From Raillietiella orientalis (taxonomy: Eukaryota), in contig JAYWIR010000002.1 of assembly GCA_036172245.1 (NCBI GenBank), forward strand, positions 5,518,001 to 5,582,000: a stretch of 64,000 nucleotides of DNA, given 5' to 3'. The position numbers and the translations under genes were made by a program. Positions 24,785 to 41,549 of the stretch are shown here, one piece after another; position 1 is the first letter of the stretch; the number at the start of each line of letters is the position of its first letter. A model generated the notes under the pieces. That model was not told the DNA's origin. It saw nothing but the letters and a program-made list of their open reading frames with translations, and ran no database searches.

Positions 24785-27379
24785 CACTTGCAGAAGATCG
24801 TGGTTGGACCAGTGACCACCAACCACGTGCGTTTCGCCGGGAACTTGCCGGGTTGCCGGTTCGCATACCGGTGGGGTCCGCCACGGCAGGGGACGGCGGG
24901 GAGGGGGCAAGCAAAAAGAAAAGGAAGCAAAAATGGAAATAAATAAGTGCACTCTGGGAGGGCGCGGAAAGGGCTGCTGGGGGAGGTCCTCTGCATCCTT
25001 TCGAGGATGCCGGCACGGTCTTGCTAGTGGGGCCATCTCGTTGACGTCCCCTTGAAGAGGACAGCAAAGTGGACGGCATCCCTGTCGCTCGGTCCTCCCC
25101 TTCCGTCGCGAACGAGGAGGGGTTTCAGAGCGTCCATGGAGTTGCCTCCGGTGGTTCCTAGGGTCGCGGCAAAGCGTTCCCAGAGTGGCTGGAGGACAAC
25201 ACAATCCCACAGGCAGGTGCAGGAGGGATTCGTGCTCCCGGCACCTGCCATGGTTCGGGTCCACACAGCCCCCCGTCATTCAAGGGGGCAGACGAGCATC
25301 GCTGAAACAGGGACTGACATTTTTCTTCTTCTTTTCTTTGAGTTCGGCTTGACCTCGTGCCACCGGAAAACACGAATGCGAAGATCATTTCAAAAAAATG
25401 GTGATGTCGGTGGATACAGTGAACCACAACGGAGATTTCAGTCTCTGCAGTTTGCGAATCCAGATGTCGATCACTGTTTTCTGTGTGCGCGAGTCTCACG
25501 CGTCCAAGTCAACTCGGAAATTTAAATGCGGTCAGAAGATTTTAAGAAACAGCTGTCCACTAAGTGTCGGATTCTGTCGATACTTCAAGTCAAGAGGTTG
25601 GCCCCGGAGGCCACGCTATGATTCCAGGGCGGCTCCGTTCCTCTTACGCCTGGTAGGGGAGTCCCGAAAGGAACCTATCCCTTGTTCTCTCCGGAGGGAA
25701 CCCCGGTTTGTGGGAGCCTCTCCTCATTTTTTGTCCGGAGGGAAACCCGCAACCCTGCTTTGCTCCTCCTCTCAAGAGAACCTCGAAGGGACACTTCCCG
25801 ATTTCCCTGAAGCGAGCCGCTTCCCGACACTCTGGAGAGGCGATCCTCCGAGGGGGGTGTCATCCAGATTTTCGCAGCCGGAGGGGAACCCCGCAGGGAT
25901 CCCTGACTCCTGGAAGGACCCGGAGGGTCAACTTGCCTTCCAGCCAGTCGACGGGAGCGTACGGTCTCTTGCTGCTTCCATCGGTGCCGCACCCGAAATA
26001 GGCCAACCAGCGCCATCCTGCGGGGGGAACTCGAAACCCACGACGCACCCATTTCTCGGCGTCGGCGACCCTTCTCCACCGATTCGAACCCGCGACGACT
26101 GTTGCCACGCGCGCAGACCGCAGCCGCAAGGTCGTCAATGCGGGCACCGCGGATGCAAGTGATTTGGGCACCTTTGAGGATCACACGATGGCTTTCCAAG
26201 GCAAAAGTGAGCATCCGTAGCGTTCAGATGCGGAAGTCGCAGCGTCAGCAGCTGTCCTACGTCCATAGCATGGCGGTCTTGTTGAAGCTCGTCGGAAAGT
26301 GAGCGGCTCCAAAAGTTCTTGAGGAGTGGCAGTTGAGGGGTTTTGCGGTTCTTTCTCCCCTACCCATCCCTTTCCGGCTAATATTCGCATCTTCCTGCAG
26401 GTTTCAGGTGGGAGGTGCACGTTCCGACGTTGGCACCGTCGATCCCACCGGAGGAGGAAAATCGAGTCGGTAGTTTTCCCCCGGTTGGCTTCCGTCGGTG
26501 GACGCACAAAGGGTAACCCCGGATCCCAGATGCTTTCGCAATTAGATGGAGGACTCTGCTTCTGGACGAGCGGGGATTGCAGGTGGACGAGGACGTTTCG
26601 GGGACACGAAACCGAAAGCTTCTTCCATCGTGGAGAGAGGGGGGGGGGGCGCCCCTCGCTGCGCGAACCATCGAGAGGAATTTCGGTGGGTCGTTTCACG
26701 CTTCCCATGTTCTTCGAATGAGGAACCACTGCATGCACTGAAACAGTCCAACAGCCCAACGGGAAAACCAGGGCTGCGGGAGGCAGCTGGATGCATAAAC
26801 AAACGGAAGGGCAAGGTGACTCCAAGAGGAAACGGTGGCAGTTGGAACTCTTGAAGACTACTACGCATCGGTTGATGCAATCACCAAGAATTGCTGCAAT
26901 TGCAAATCTCCATGGTCAGCTAGCGAGTGACCTTCTGGCTTCCCTTTCGTTCTTCCTGCGTGCTCCTCTTCGGATTTGCAGAACCTGACTTTTGTTCGTT
27001 TTCCCCAAAGGGGTTCGCCCGTTTGAGCCTTCGTGGCGTACGGAGGGCACTCGTTTGTACTGAAAGTCGGAGCACTTCCGGCGAAAAGAACGATCCGCTG
27101 GCTCTGAGTGTTTTGCACAGTGCAAATAAAGGGCGCTGTGAACTCTTGGCTACAAAGGGAGCTGGTGCCACGGTTGGCTTGCCTACTGCACTCTGGCGGG
27201 CATTCTTCTAGAACATTCAGTTGATGAAGGGAAAACTTCCTTTCCTTCTGTAAGCTGATGTTTCCAGGAGTTAAAAAATAGATTTAGCAGTGATGAAGCA
27301 CTCGGGATCGAATTGATCTTTTCGCTTTCCAGGCGAAGTCTTGCTTGAGGATGCACTCCTCTAAGTGGACAACACACAG

Positions 27380-27710
27380 ATGACTGAAGCTGTTTGCTTA
27401 AGCCATTCAGTACACGTCAGCGGGAACCGAGCAGGTAGTGTACACACAAATGCCGGTGAACCGGATCGACAAACAGCTACTGATCATTTGGTTAAGAATA
27501 ATAGTGATGATTCGAATTTTAGAGATTCAAATGCCAATCATTCCGAAACCAGTTGATCCACTGAATCTTGTTTCATCCAAGGATGTCCGTCGGGATTTGC
27601 CGCACTCGTGCTGTGGTTCCCCTTGTCTGTTTCTGAGCAAGAAACTCGAAACCCCAACAGAATCCGACCCACAAAAGCATGAAGAAGAAGTTAAGCAACG
27701 GCTGGAGTAA
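27380..27710 (+). CDS. Candidate two-exon 3' end (or small gene) of unknown product
   Basis: 27380-27434 and 27523-27710 join in frame (G|GTAGTG ... TTTTAG|) to MTEAVCL...RAEIQMPIIPKPVDPL...EEEVKQRLE*; AATAAA at 27754. No homology recognised. Confidence 0.3.
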
Positions 27711-30700
27711 AACAGCAATGGCTACAGTTCTTCCAGTATCAGAGATAATGTGTAATAAAGAGACAAATGATGGTGAACCGCGTAGGAAAGAAAAAAAAAA
27801 ACTCGTGAACTGGTAAGCCGAATTCGCTCAAGGCGACCGCACCATTCATAGGATCGGTGAATGTGCGAATCACTTCTGGTCCTCTAGCGCGGATGTTTTC
27901 AGCAACATTCCGGAGATCGTCCAAATCATCTTTGAATCGGGTTGGCATCCCTCGCCACTGACCAGGTTTCTGGAAAACGGTGATTTTCTCACAGGAATCG
28001 GAGTTTTTTTTTTTTTTTTTTTGTTTTTTTTCGGTCATTTCTGATTTTTGTGCCAGGCAGCGAGCGAGGGACGGGGGAAATCCAATGCAAAGTGTGCCGT
28101 GCGTTGGAAACGCACGTGCGTCGCCTTTCGAAGCGTCCATACGGTATCAGCACAACCATGGAACCACTTATCAAGAAGCGGCGGACAGCAAACGGTTACC
28201 AGGCAACTCCGAAACCAAGGAAAGGAGCACCAAACCAGGCTGGAAGCTGCTGTTTTTATTCTGCTGTGTGTGTGTGTGTTTTTATTGTTTTGACCGATAA
28301 CCTCATTCCCTGATCTGATGGCACTTTATTGAAACGCCCTTGCTTCGAAGTAGGGTCGTCTCACGTTGTGGTCCGCAAAAGCTGACGACGTTGTTTGTTC
28401 CCATGGGTCCCTCGTTTCCAGGGTGCAGACCCGGTTCAAAAATAACTCGAGAATGGGGGCTCGCATTGTTTCCTTGGAAACAGCCTGAGCAGCATTTCCC
28501 TCCCGGCCGAACCGGGTGCATCTGAGCTTCCATTCGACTCATAAAACAAATTTTCATCTTGACTGCCATTTGCATGAACTTTCTCCGATGAAGTGGCTAC
28601 TTCGTTGCATGGCGGCCTACTTCTGGGCGTTCCCCCCCCCCCCCCCTCCCCTTCAACCCCCACCCAGTCATCTTAGACTTGCGAACAATCGCTGAGGGAA
28701 TCACGTAGTGCTCTCCATCAAACCAAGTGGGATGCTCGCCTTTGCACACGAGAATACCCCACGGGCACACGCTGATGTGCATTTTCAAAAGCCCTATTTC
28801 TGGCTCGGGTCTGCTTTGGTTGACCACACGCTGACATTCATTCACCTTACACATGAGAGCTGATATTCACACACAGTGTATGATGAACACCGCTCTCCGA
28901 GAGAGTCTACAGCACTGCGCGTATTGCAAGGTGAGGTTCAGCCGCCCGAAGGGACGACACCGTCCGAGTAAACCACCTTCCACGTGCTGCAAGAGCTTTA
29001 TTTATAGAGGAAATCACCAGTTCCTAATGAACCTGCCTCCCAGTGGGGTATCCCGTCAAAACGCATGACTTCGGCTCTCGGAAAGTTTTTCCCTTGAACT
29101 TTTCCCTCCCTCCCTGAGCTTAATACGTCGATTTTATTATCCCTGGACACAGGACGTGTCCTACGTTCTTACATCGATAGCCCTTTACATCATTAAGGTG
29201 CCTTGCTGATGCAAAAACAACCAGTTTATGTAAATTGGTCCAGTTGTTGTTGTTGTTGTTGTTTTTTTAAAAAAAAAAAGCGACTCCGAATTAACTAGCA
29301 GTATGACATTCTGACCAGGAGTGTCCTACCTTGTATGCATTAATCGGATTGGGTGGCTGACCTTGACAAACGGTTGTCGAAAAGGATTTTGTTTTCCACA
29401 TTTTGGGATCAAAGAGCACGCGTGCACACACCATTTGAAAAACAGAATAATTTCGGGTGCTCAATTTCGATGTCTTGCGTTTATTAGGGAGGATCCTGCG
29501 ACCCTGTCCGTGGGTGATATAATCAGGTGCAGATTTATCGGAAGGAAGTGTCGCTAGTCATCGAATATTTAAATCAAAAACCAATTGGGCAGTCCCATCA
29601 TTTTTCCAGATAGATCTGCATTATCACACTGCGAGCTGCCACTTTGTGAGAATCTCTTGTAGGATCCATCTATCTTGAGGCATCACACAATCCATGAGTA
29701 AAGAGGGAATGGATAAATAAGAGGGGAAGTTATTGGGCCAGGAACGACCTGCACTGTTATGTAAGGAAATAATAAAAACACACCCATTATAGTACGTACG
29801 TGCTTTGCTCTTATCGCAATCCAACATGCGACGTCAACAGCCGCCAAGCCTTTTTGCACGTACAGAAAGAAATATATACGAATGCACGTGGCTTATCGGG
29901 TTGGCTCTCTCGCCAACGTTGGCTGCCAACGAAGAAACAAAAAGAATCGCACGGCACTTTACTTTCTTCACTCGAAAGATGTCTTCGGCAGGTTCCTGGA
30001 ACTGATGTTCGGTAAACAAAAAGGTCAAAAGGGGGATACTGAGCATTCCGGCTGGAAATGCTCAGGTCAGGCGAAGCAAACGAAGGATGAACCGTAAAAA
30101 TGCAGGTTCTTAAGAGCCCTTTGAATTGATCCAACCCACAAACTATGAATGGATGATCTTATCAGCATTACTGCAAGAAGGAAAGCAAAAACGGAAGCTG
30201 GGGGAGGCAGCATTCGATAAGTGCGTTGCAAATCAATCAGTGCCGAAATCACCAACCGCTTACTCAAGGAGATTCCTATTGCAAGGGTTAACCCTTGTGC
30301 ATTGAAAAGCGAAGCTGATTCACTATGTAAGATTCAGACAAAGTCTCCATCTTTACGGACACGGATTTCGAAATTCAACGTGTACAAAGCGGGGATTCGT
30401 TCTTGAAGGGAAGCATTCAGAGAGTTGGTGATCTCCAGATAGCAACTATGAGGTGAAGGCTAAGCATGCTGAAAGCACTCCATTTCTGTGGACAGTGAAT
30501 AATTTTCGCAGCCAAATTTCTTCTACTGTTTGTCAAAGAAACCAGCGAACCACGAAAGCAAGCAACCATCTTGTTTCTTTCGAATCGTGCATGGAAACGG
30601 GCCTTAAAAGATATCGAAAGGTGGTAACGGTTCTTCAAGATAATGGGTACTCATTTAAATAGGTATGTATATTACAGTCAGTGGAAACGGATTTCCACTA

Positions 30701-31596
30701 TCCTCTTTGCAGATAAGCACACATCGTAGTAGATGGATTCTCGTGGAATCGCAGAATTTTTTTTTTTTTCTTCAAGACGACCGATTTCACTTTATCTTGA
30801 AGACTGATGTCCGGGATCCTACAACGACGGAAATTCCGCACCACCGCTGAAAATCATGTTTGAACTCCAGCTGCGTAGCATCCAAAATGCATCCTAATCC
30901 ACTTTAGCTTTTTGACCACACACTTGCATGCCAACACCCTCATTTAAGGCAGAGTTCTCATGGGAGACTTCCAGTGAGCGAGCGGTGCCGAAGTGGAGAT
31001 CCTATCGGAAAATGCAAATTTCTGCATCTGGGAAAGAAGGTCGACCAATACCACCTGAAGGCAAGGAGCCTCGCTCGTGCAAACGTGCTCGAAGAGGGAA
31101 AAGCAGTGCCGCGAACTTCAAAGGACAGCGAGAAGGATTTCCGTGGGATCTTCGTGGAGCAAACACGCGCTAAAGGTAAAGGTGTGCGGTTCTGTGTACG
31201 CGGATCGGACAGGATTAACACGGACGGCCCGACTTACACGGAAAAGTTCCTTTTGTCAGATCCGTGATACATTCGCCCTGGAGCCTCCGTATAATAAGGT
31301 GACCTGAATAATATGGATCTTTAAGACAGAGTCGGGAAGACACGTTCAACCTTGCTGGAACAGACACGGTTTACCCGAGTTAAAGTGGATGCTTTTACTC
31401 TGCAAGAGTCCAGGAACCCAGTAAACCCAGGTCCTTCGACAGTCTTCGCTTTTGCTTTTCACTTATACTTCAAGCATTGCCTGTTTGTTATCGGTACCTC
31501 GGAAAGAAAACAAAGTTGCCATTTTGCTATTTCCGTCCGAAGAACGAAGTTTACCAAAGCAATAATAACTGCAGGGGGCGTTCGTTCTTTTCTCAC

Positions 31597-31764
31597 CTGT
31601 GCACAGATTTCTGGAGATGCTTTCTTGCCATCTGAATTTGAGTACCTCCCATGTGCTGGGGCTTGTAAGTCTTTGGGAGATTCATCTTTGATGAAAACCA
31701 ATGCAAGCAACGCGGATAGTACGGCCACAGCTTCTGGTAACCCTGAATTCTCGTTGGTGGTGCT
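31597..31764 (-). CDS. Orphan candidate internal exon (168 nt, phase 0-0)
   Basis: ATTCAG acceptor, CAG|GTGAGA donor, open frame STTNENSGLPEAVAVLSALLALVFIKDESPK...EICAQ. Confidence 0.25.
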
Positions 31765-33779
31765 CTGAATATGCAAGCGTCTTGTTCCCCAGTGGTTAAA
31801 TCCTCGCGTGGTCAGCTGACATGCTTGCCAACGTCTGCGTCGTTCTGTGAATCGCGGTTATGCAGGCGCACAAAAAAGCACCGGACTTGCCGGTACGGCC
31901 TGGCACGCTCTCCGCGAGGCCATCTCTGAGCTGACCCGAACCTCCCGGCGAGGTGGAAGCTGTTGGAGCGGCTTCCGCTGTCCACGGCTCGCGCGACCTC
32001 CTGAAGACTGGCACGTGGCCCGCTGCAAGAACTGCATGGTCGTGGTAAGGCGAAGTTTTGGGTTCATGTCAGGAATGAACCGAAAGCAGCAGGCAGGAAA
32101 ATAAACAACGGTTTGGTGCACCATCCGCCGTTATTCGGGCTGTCAAAGTTTGTTCCCGTAGCGGCCATGCAATTCAGTGACCCTCCACCTGCAATTCGTT
32201 TTCGGAAATAGGCTACTTGGGTCAGTGTTCACTGCATCGCTTTTTCCACTATTCCTATAAATAAGAGCGTCGTTGCGTGAGATGCTCAAACTCAGCCGCA
32301 CGCCGTGTAAGCGTGACTTTTGGCTGTGAAGAGCAACTTTGGTTTGCTTCCCCCCCCCAAAAAAATAGAACAACCGTCGTCTCCTCAGAGTGCGCGCTTC
32401 GCACTTTGGTCTGAAACCATGGACTTTTGCAGCAACTCCAGTCTCAACACCCCGTGTTCCAGCATCCATCATGTTTCTTGCCCATCCGCGAACGAGGAGG
32501 AGGAATCCAGCAGGGTCTGATTTGAATCCGAGAAAAATCAGACAAGGATCTGTTTATTCGAGTGGAGTGCTTCTGGTGACCGCTTAGCTTTAGATCTCTT
32601 AACCTGCCTCAATTATGAGATTCGAAAAAAGAATTCGGCGTGATTTTGCACTTAGCAATAAATGTAAACAAACATTGGCGACTTTTTCTATTTTTTTTTT
32701 TTTTTTTTTAATGGCAACTCCGTTTTCTTTGGGAGTATATTACCTGAGATAAGACAAGAATCTTAAAGCCAAAATAAAGAAGCATTGAAATCTCTGTGTA
32801 TTTGACCAACCCTTTTTAGAATTTGAATCCGACCCTATGTGTAGTTCGTCCATAATGCTTTAAAATAATGTTTTGAATAAACTTTTAGAAATGGATTCAA
32901 GAGCTTTCATTTGAAGTACTCTTTCTTTTGCATATAATGGAAAATTAGCGTTAGATCATGGTCCCTCCCTCCAGATATTATACAAATTATTTTATGCATT
33001 ATGCAAAGACTTTGCAACACCTGTTTTCACAAATGTTTTGAGGATATCGATGAAATACCTGCAATAAATGATTTGTGTGAGGTTGAATGAAGAAGATATT
33101 CCTTGTTAAGTGATTGATCAACTCAGTAATAAGTAATAATGTCCTGTAATTGAGAACCTTAAGTTCTGATTAAACATTAGGTCGGTAGAATCCCAGCAAA
33201 AGGAAGGAAAGCGTAACATGCAAATTGATTCTCAGATAAATTAGTCATCGACTATGCACTGTGACAACGAAGCTGGATTCTAAAGCTTCTAATTCTAACT
33301 CTAATCTTCAAGAACCGTGAAGAATTAAAAAGAGAGATGTCGCCTCAAGTAATGTTAATGCCCATGATGTGCTTTTTCGGCTCCGACTCACTTATTTAGA
33401 TAGACTGTTGAAGGAAATATTTCAAGGTCAGTTTCTTCTTCGAAAAAAACTGGAATGGTGTGTTCAATGCTGCAGTGGCTGCAAAGAGGTCGCTCTGTAA
33501 CAAGGGTAAAGCATGGAACATTCAAACGTGAGCTCATCTCCACTCATTTCTGCGTTCAGCAGCCACATTCTCACGTCGGAAAGCTAGCTTCTTCTCTTCC
33601 TAATGTGCTTTTTGTGTCCGCTCTCGCGATTTTCACCTTGATGCTTTGTGTTCCTCTGAATTTATGAGTCGAGGATAACCTGTAACATTATGCATACATT
33701 CGAGCCAACTATGGAAACAAGATAGTTTGTGGTAGCTTAATGCTGTATTAAAACTGAATAGAATTTCTATCCATCGTGC

Positions 33780-34420
33780 TTGGAATTCTTTTGAACTGCA
33801 AATTCATCCACGCAGCAAAACCAAACGTAATACCAATCAACGCTGGTCCAAGAATGAAGCCGTAAGAGCGCATATGTCGGCGTTGCTGGACCGAAGACTA
33901 AAGAGATGCAAGAAACACGTTCCTCTGTCCATGGCACGCCACAACGCAATTCAGATGATCAGAAAGACCGCATGGAGCCAAATGGACCCTTGTGTCGAAC
34001 AATCAGAGGGTTCCAAGAGCAAATTCCTACCTAAAACTGGATCTAGTAATGGAAAAAGAAAACCGGGTATCAGTGCTAGACGTCTGCTGCCCATACGACA
34101 ATGGAAGAGAGGCGTTCAGCACAGCCAGAAGAAGCAAAAAAGGAAAATACATGGATGTAGCCCTATAGCTGGGAAAAGTGGGAAAGCCATGCAAGGCACA
34201 TGCATTCATCGTTGGCTCTCTGGGAGCCTGGGATCCAGGAAATGAGGAAGTACTGCAGTATCTGGGAATCCCAAAGAAGAAATTGGTGGAAATAAGTCAC
34301 CAGATGGTGGCTTCGTGTATCCAGGGGTAATCAAGTGACATCTATGCAGCCCATGTCGCATGGAAAGCCGACAACAAGCCGGAGAACCCAAACAATCTGC
34401 TCTTATCACATGGAAGTTAA
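33780..34420 (+). mobile_element. Decayed 3' fragment of a NeSL/Utopia-type non-LTR retrotransposon (zinc knuckle plus restriction-like endonuclease)
   Basis: Joining frames: NCKFIHAAKPNVIPIN (cf. WRFIHRARLN..P.N), CRRC at 33875, ARHNAIQ at ~33934, then LKLDLVMEKENRVSVLDVCCPYDNGREAFSTARRSKKGKY...AFIVGSLGAWDPGNEEVLQYLGI...SSDIYAAH. This is the RHN/PD..D..K..KY RLE signature. In-frame stops (e.g. TAG 34166) and frameshifts; no RT domain visible. Confidence 0.85.
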
Positions 34421-35939
34421 GAAATGAAGCACCATGAACAGGGGCGATGAGCGCCCCAAGTGAACACTGGTGGAACTGCGAAAGGATGTCTAGAGCCCCA
34501 GGAACCAGTTATGTAAATGCACACACATGAACAACAAAACTTCCGGTTTCAGTATACGAGTCAGCAGTTTCTTCAATAACGTAAGCGACATCTGCTTTGG
34601 CGATTTTCTTTTTTCCTTTCCTTCCTGCAATTGTGCATGTGTGAAAGCTGCATCAACATTAGTTTATGAGTATTATGAAACTCCCAAGGGGTGGTTTGTC
34701 CAGAGACTTCAGAATCATGGAAACAGTGGTCACATCGGCGTCTCATCAAATTGGTAGAAAAGTTGAACTTTGGCACTTTAGGAATTGGGGAATCTGGTGA
34801 ACATTTAGTAGTATGATATTAAAGAAATAGCCCTGTTGGAGTCTGTAGCTTGGAAATAGCCTCGTCGAGTTAGAAATTGCTCCTGGAACTGTGGCAGAAA
34901 ATTCTAACTATAAAAATGTAAGCAAATGTGAAAAGTTACTGTCTCCATCCCTTTTCGTATTATTTGTGGCTTATTTTCCTATCAGCGTGCAAAGATTTAT
35001 CTTTTTTCTGCATAACTTTTTAATTTTTTTTTCTTTTAAAAAAGGGTTTTTCGGTATATTCTGTGAGGAGCTCACCTTTGTGCAGCAAAATGAGCTCATA
35101 TTATCAGGCTCGTTTTTCGGGTGGATTTAAGAAATAATATGTATTACTTGCATAAAAGAAAACGCAATTTTCACTGAATCAGGTGATATCCTCAAGGATT
35201 GATGCAAAACCTGCATTCTTTCTTGCTTTTTCTGTTTGCTCTACACGGAATGCCTCGCAGTGAACATGAGAATGTGGCAACAGTGAGTGACATGCCCAGT
35301 TCAAGGCGCAGCTCCTGTGTGTCTGTTGACTGTTTTGCTGATGTTTCGAATGGTTTGTTATTAAAGTACAGAATTCATATAAAACGAACAGGATATATAT
35401 TTAAGCACCTTAAGTTGAAAGATTATGTTGGTCTTTTGCCAGGTTTTCGTTGGAATCAGTTTGAATGATTTCGTTTTGAGGAAATACGTGCATATGTCAC
35501 GTCCTCTATCAATGCATGCGTTTCATTATACATTAATCGTTAGTAATGTCATCATCCATATTTGTATTTTCGTAGCCGAACTTGTTTATGATTATTGAAC
35601 ACAAAAAATAGAAAGCTTAGTTAAGATTTACATTTAAGTTTGATCGCAGAGTTACCGTCATTTTACTTTATTTGAAATCAAATAAAATTCAATTAAGAGG
35701 GCACAGCTTGAAGCTGCAAGATGAGTTTTAATGGCAAAAGATCGGTTCCTTTGGAAAAAAGAGAATGTTTTTTTTAAAAAAAAAAAAGTGCATATGTATA
35801 CATAAAAACTTTTTAATTCATAATAAAAAAATTATGAACTTGGAAATGATTGAAAGTCAGTCATTCCCGTGTTTTATTATGAAATTCTGGATAGCAAATA
35901 TTGAAGTTAACGAGTCAATCTTAAGTAACCTGTCTTGCA

Positions 35940-35946
35940 TTTTCAG
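35940..35946 (+). promoter_or_regulatory. TTTTCAG acceptor upstream of the KAT8 ATG (candidate trans-splice or 5'UTR intron acceptor)
   Basis: Canonical nematode-type TTTTCAG 70 nt before ATG 36017. Confidence 0.45.
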
Positions 35947-36016
35947 ATCTTACAAAGTGGTGTAAACATTTTTAGTAGTATATCATTAAGTCAGTCATTA
36001 CTGTGATGCATTGGTG

Positions 36017-39443
<3,427 letters not shown>

Positions 39444-39446
39444 AGT

Positions 39447-40552
39447 TTAATTGGCTGTTTTAAGCGATTCCAAAGTCCTTATTAAGTGATACAGTCCGGA
39501 CAGATAGTTGTTGTCTCTACATCCACCAGCATCAAAGACATGGGCAAAGTCAATCATCCACACATGAGCTTTGAAAGACTGGTCACTTGTTTCTGAGCAA
39601 TTGTCGCCTTCATATACCAGCAATAGAGAACTGCTATAAAAATGGAACAGACGTTGCCTTTCCATCCAGTCAGCTATTAAATGCAACTGCACCAAGAATT
39701 CAGACAGCAGCTGTTGATTGACTATCTGCCTATCAGCTCGAAAAAATGTACATAAAGCTGCCTGCAATTTGAAGAGCAGCAGCATACTAAGGTGCCTACC
39801 ATCTATGACTGTAACTGTAGTCAGATTTTTCCCAAAGACCTTGTCAAATTTCACTTCACACTGTCTCATGGTGTCAAACACTGAAAATCCTGGAATGCAG
39901 TATCCTAGGGTTCTTCTTGTCCCCACATATTTGTTCTGTGATTGCATGTGGTCTGTTTATATCAGAAATATATATGTACCTTTTCGATTTCTTTCTTTTC
40001 ATTTGTGCTGTTTGGATCACTTGTCACGTATCCAATTTTAACATCCATTATGCAAGGCAGTGAATAATCAGCAGTCACATCTTGTAACTTGATGAAATCT
40101 ACTTCTGGAGACAAAAGCAATGTTGTGAATGGACAAAAGCCAATTACCAACTAGTTCTTAGGATCTCTACTGTCTCAACTCCATAATAGTATGGCACCAG
40201 TTTTCTCAACTGCAACAGGATCTCAGAATCCTCTGTAAAGACTTTCTCATAAAACCTCAGCTCTTTCTTCCCCTTAGAATTTTCGATTCTTTTTAGCACA
40301 GGTCCATTAACATGTTTGATCAAACCTATTGACAAATACAACTGTAATAACGCGTGTTTACAGATTAGTAATTCAAGTGTGAATCGAGAGCTCATTTTGA
40401 AGACTGGCATGAGATTGAAATACAATGTATGCGTTCCCCCGCTGTCGCAAGGGGAGCTTACCGATACTAGCAGTGTCACCTCGGTAAAAATGTCCAGCAA
40501 CTTGAAAGGGAAACACCGTAAGCCCTTGCGGCAAACTTGACTGTAGATCCAT
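39447..40552 (-). CDS. IPMK: Inositol polyphosphate multikinase (IPK family), 5 coding exons, ~278 aa
   Basis: Exons 40552-40462, 40325-40152, 40104-39980, 39935-39800, 39757-39447, frame-consistent (837 nt). Motifs: N-terminal FQVAGH, ELRFYE, PCIMDVKIG (PxxxDxKxG), FYSSSLLLVYEG, MIDFAH. Exon 2 donor (A|GTTGGT) and the 42-nt in-frame intron 4 are inferred. Confidence 0.92.
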
Positions 40553-41549
40553 ACGAACTATTTCGTGCGCACTTTTTCAGTGTACTTGTTCTTATGGAAT
40601 GACGAAATTCAAAAATGCGAAGTGCTACTCACATGAAAGGCCACAGAGGAAAGAAAGAAAAAACACATACACACACACTTGCACGGAGGGACTCGGCTTA
40701 ATTTGAATGTGTGCATGCGTTCATCACAGCACCTGGGGAATTTCCGCAAGAGCACGCGCCAGTCAGGGCCCTCCTGCATGCGCATTTACCGATTTTTAAG
40801 TGGAAAGCACTTGCGGCCCTGTGTCATTTTGCAGGATGAGCCCCTTGTGGTGGATGACGATTTAGTTACATAACACGAAAGGCAATCATCGATTCGCGTA
40901 ACGGCGAACGGTGGCAGGCGATTGCGCAATGCTTGCATTAATACAGAGGAAAAAAAAAAAGACTTCTGGCAATTGAAACCGCGTCGAGTCGCATCACCGA
41001 GAGAGCATCCTCCCACGCGGTGTTCACGGCGTCTCCCGTTGCGAGGGCGCGCCGGAACTCTCGAATTTCGTCTCTGAAAGGAGAAATCACACGCACGCAG
41101 ATGCCATGCGAGGTGAGGAGCTCTGCAGCCAAATTTACCTGCTGGCATTGCAGCAGTCAGGTTGCATGACAGCGACGCAGCACGGAGGATGCTCCAAGCT
41201 GCCAAGTGGTCGGTTCCCTTGAAGACAGCGGAAGCACCAAATCCGTTTTTGTCTTTCCTTGTGACCCATTTCGTCGCGCAGCTAAGCTTCGGGCGGAGGA
41301 ACTTGGATTTTTTTCTTCTTCTTCTTCTTAAGATTCATCATCCATCTTGGAAATTTTTTTCCCGCGTTTTTCTCGACGCTTAATCACAGGCTTTAATTGC
41401 CTACTCCTAACAAAAATTGCATGCTTATATGGAGATTCACCTATAAACAGGATGTATTAATGTGCGCGACCTTCAAAACATACATTCTATGCAACGAGAA
41501 CATCTTTACTTCACACAGAGGAGGATGCACGCCTGAAAATCAATCCCGG

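Noticed and set aside
29624..29827. Minus ORF with NSAGRSWPNNF, faintly like viral RdRp motif A
   Set aside because: Catalytic Asp absent and no motif B or C downstream.
30039..30065. Short hairpin CTGAGCATT...AATGCTCAG
   Set aside because: A 9-11 bp stem without context; insufficient to call a feature.
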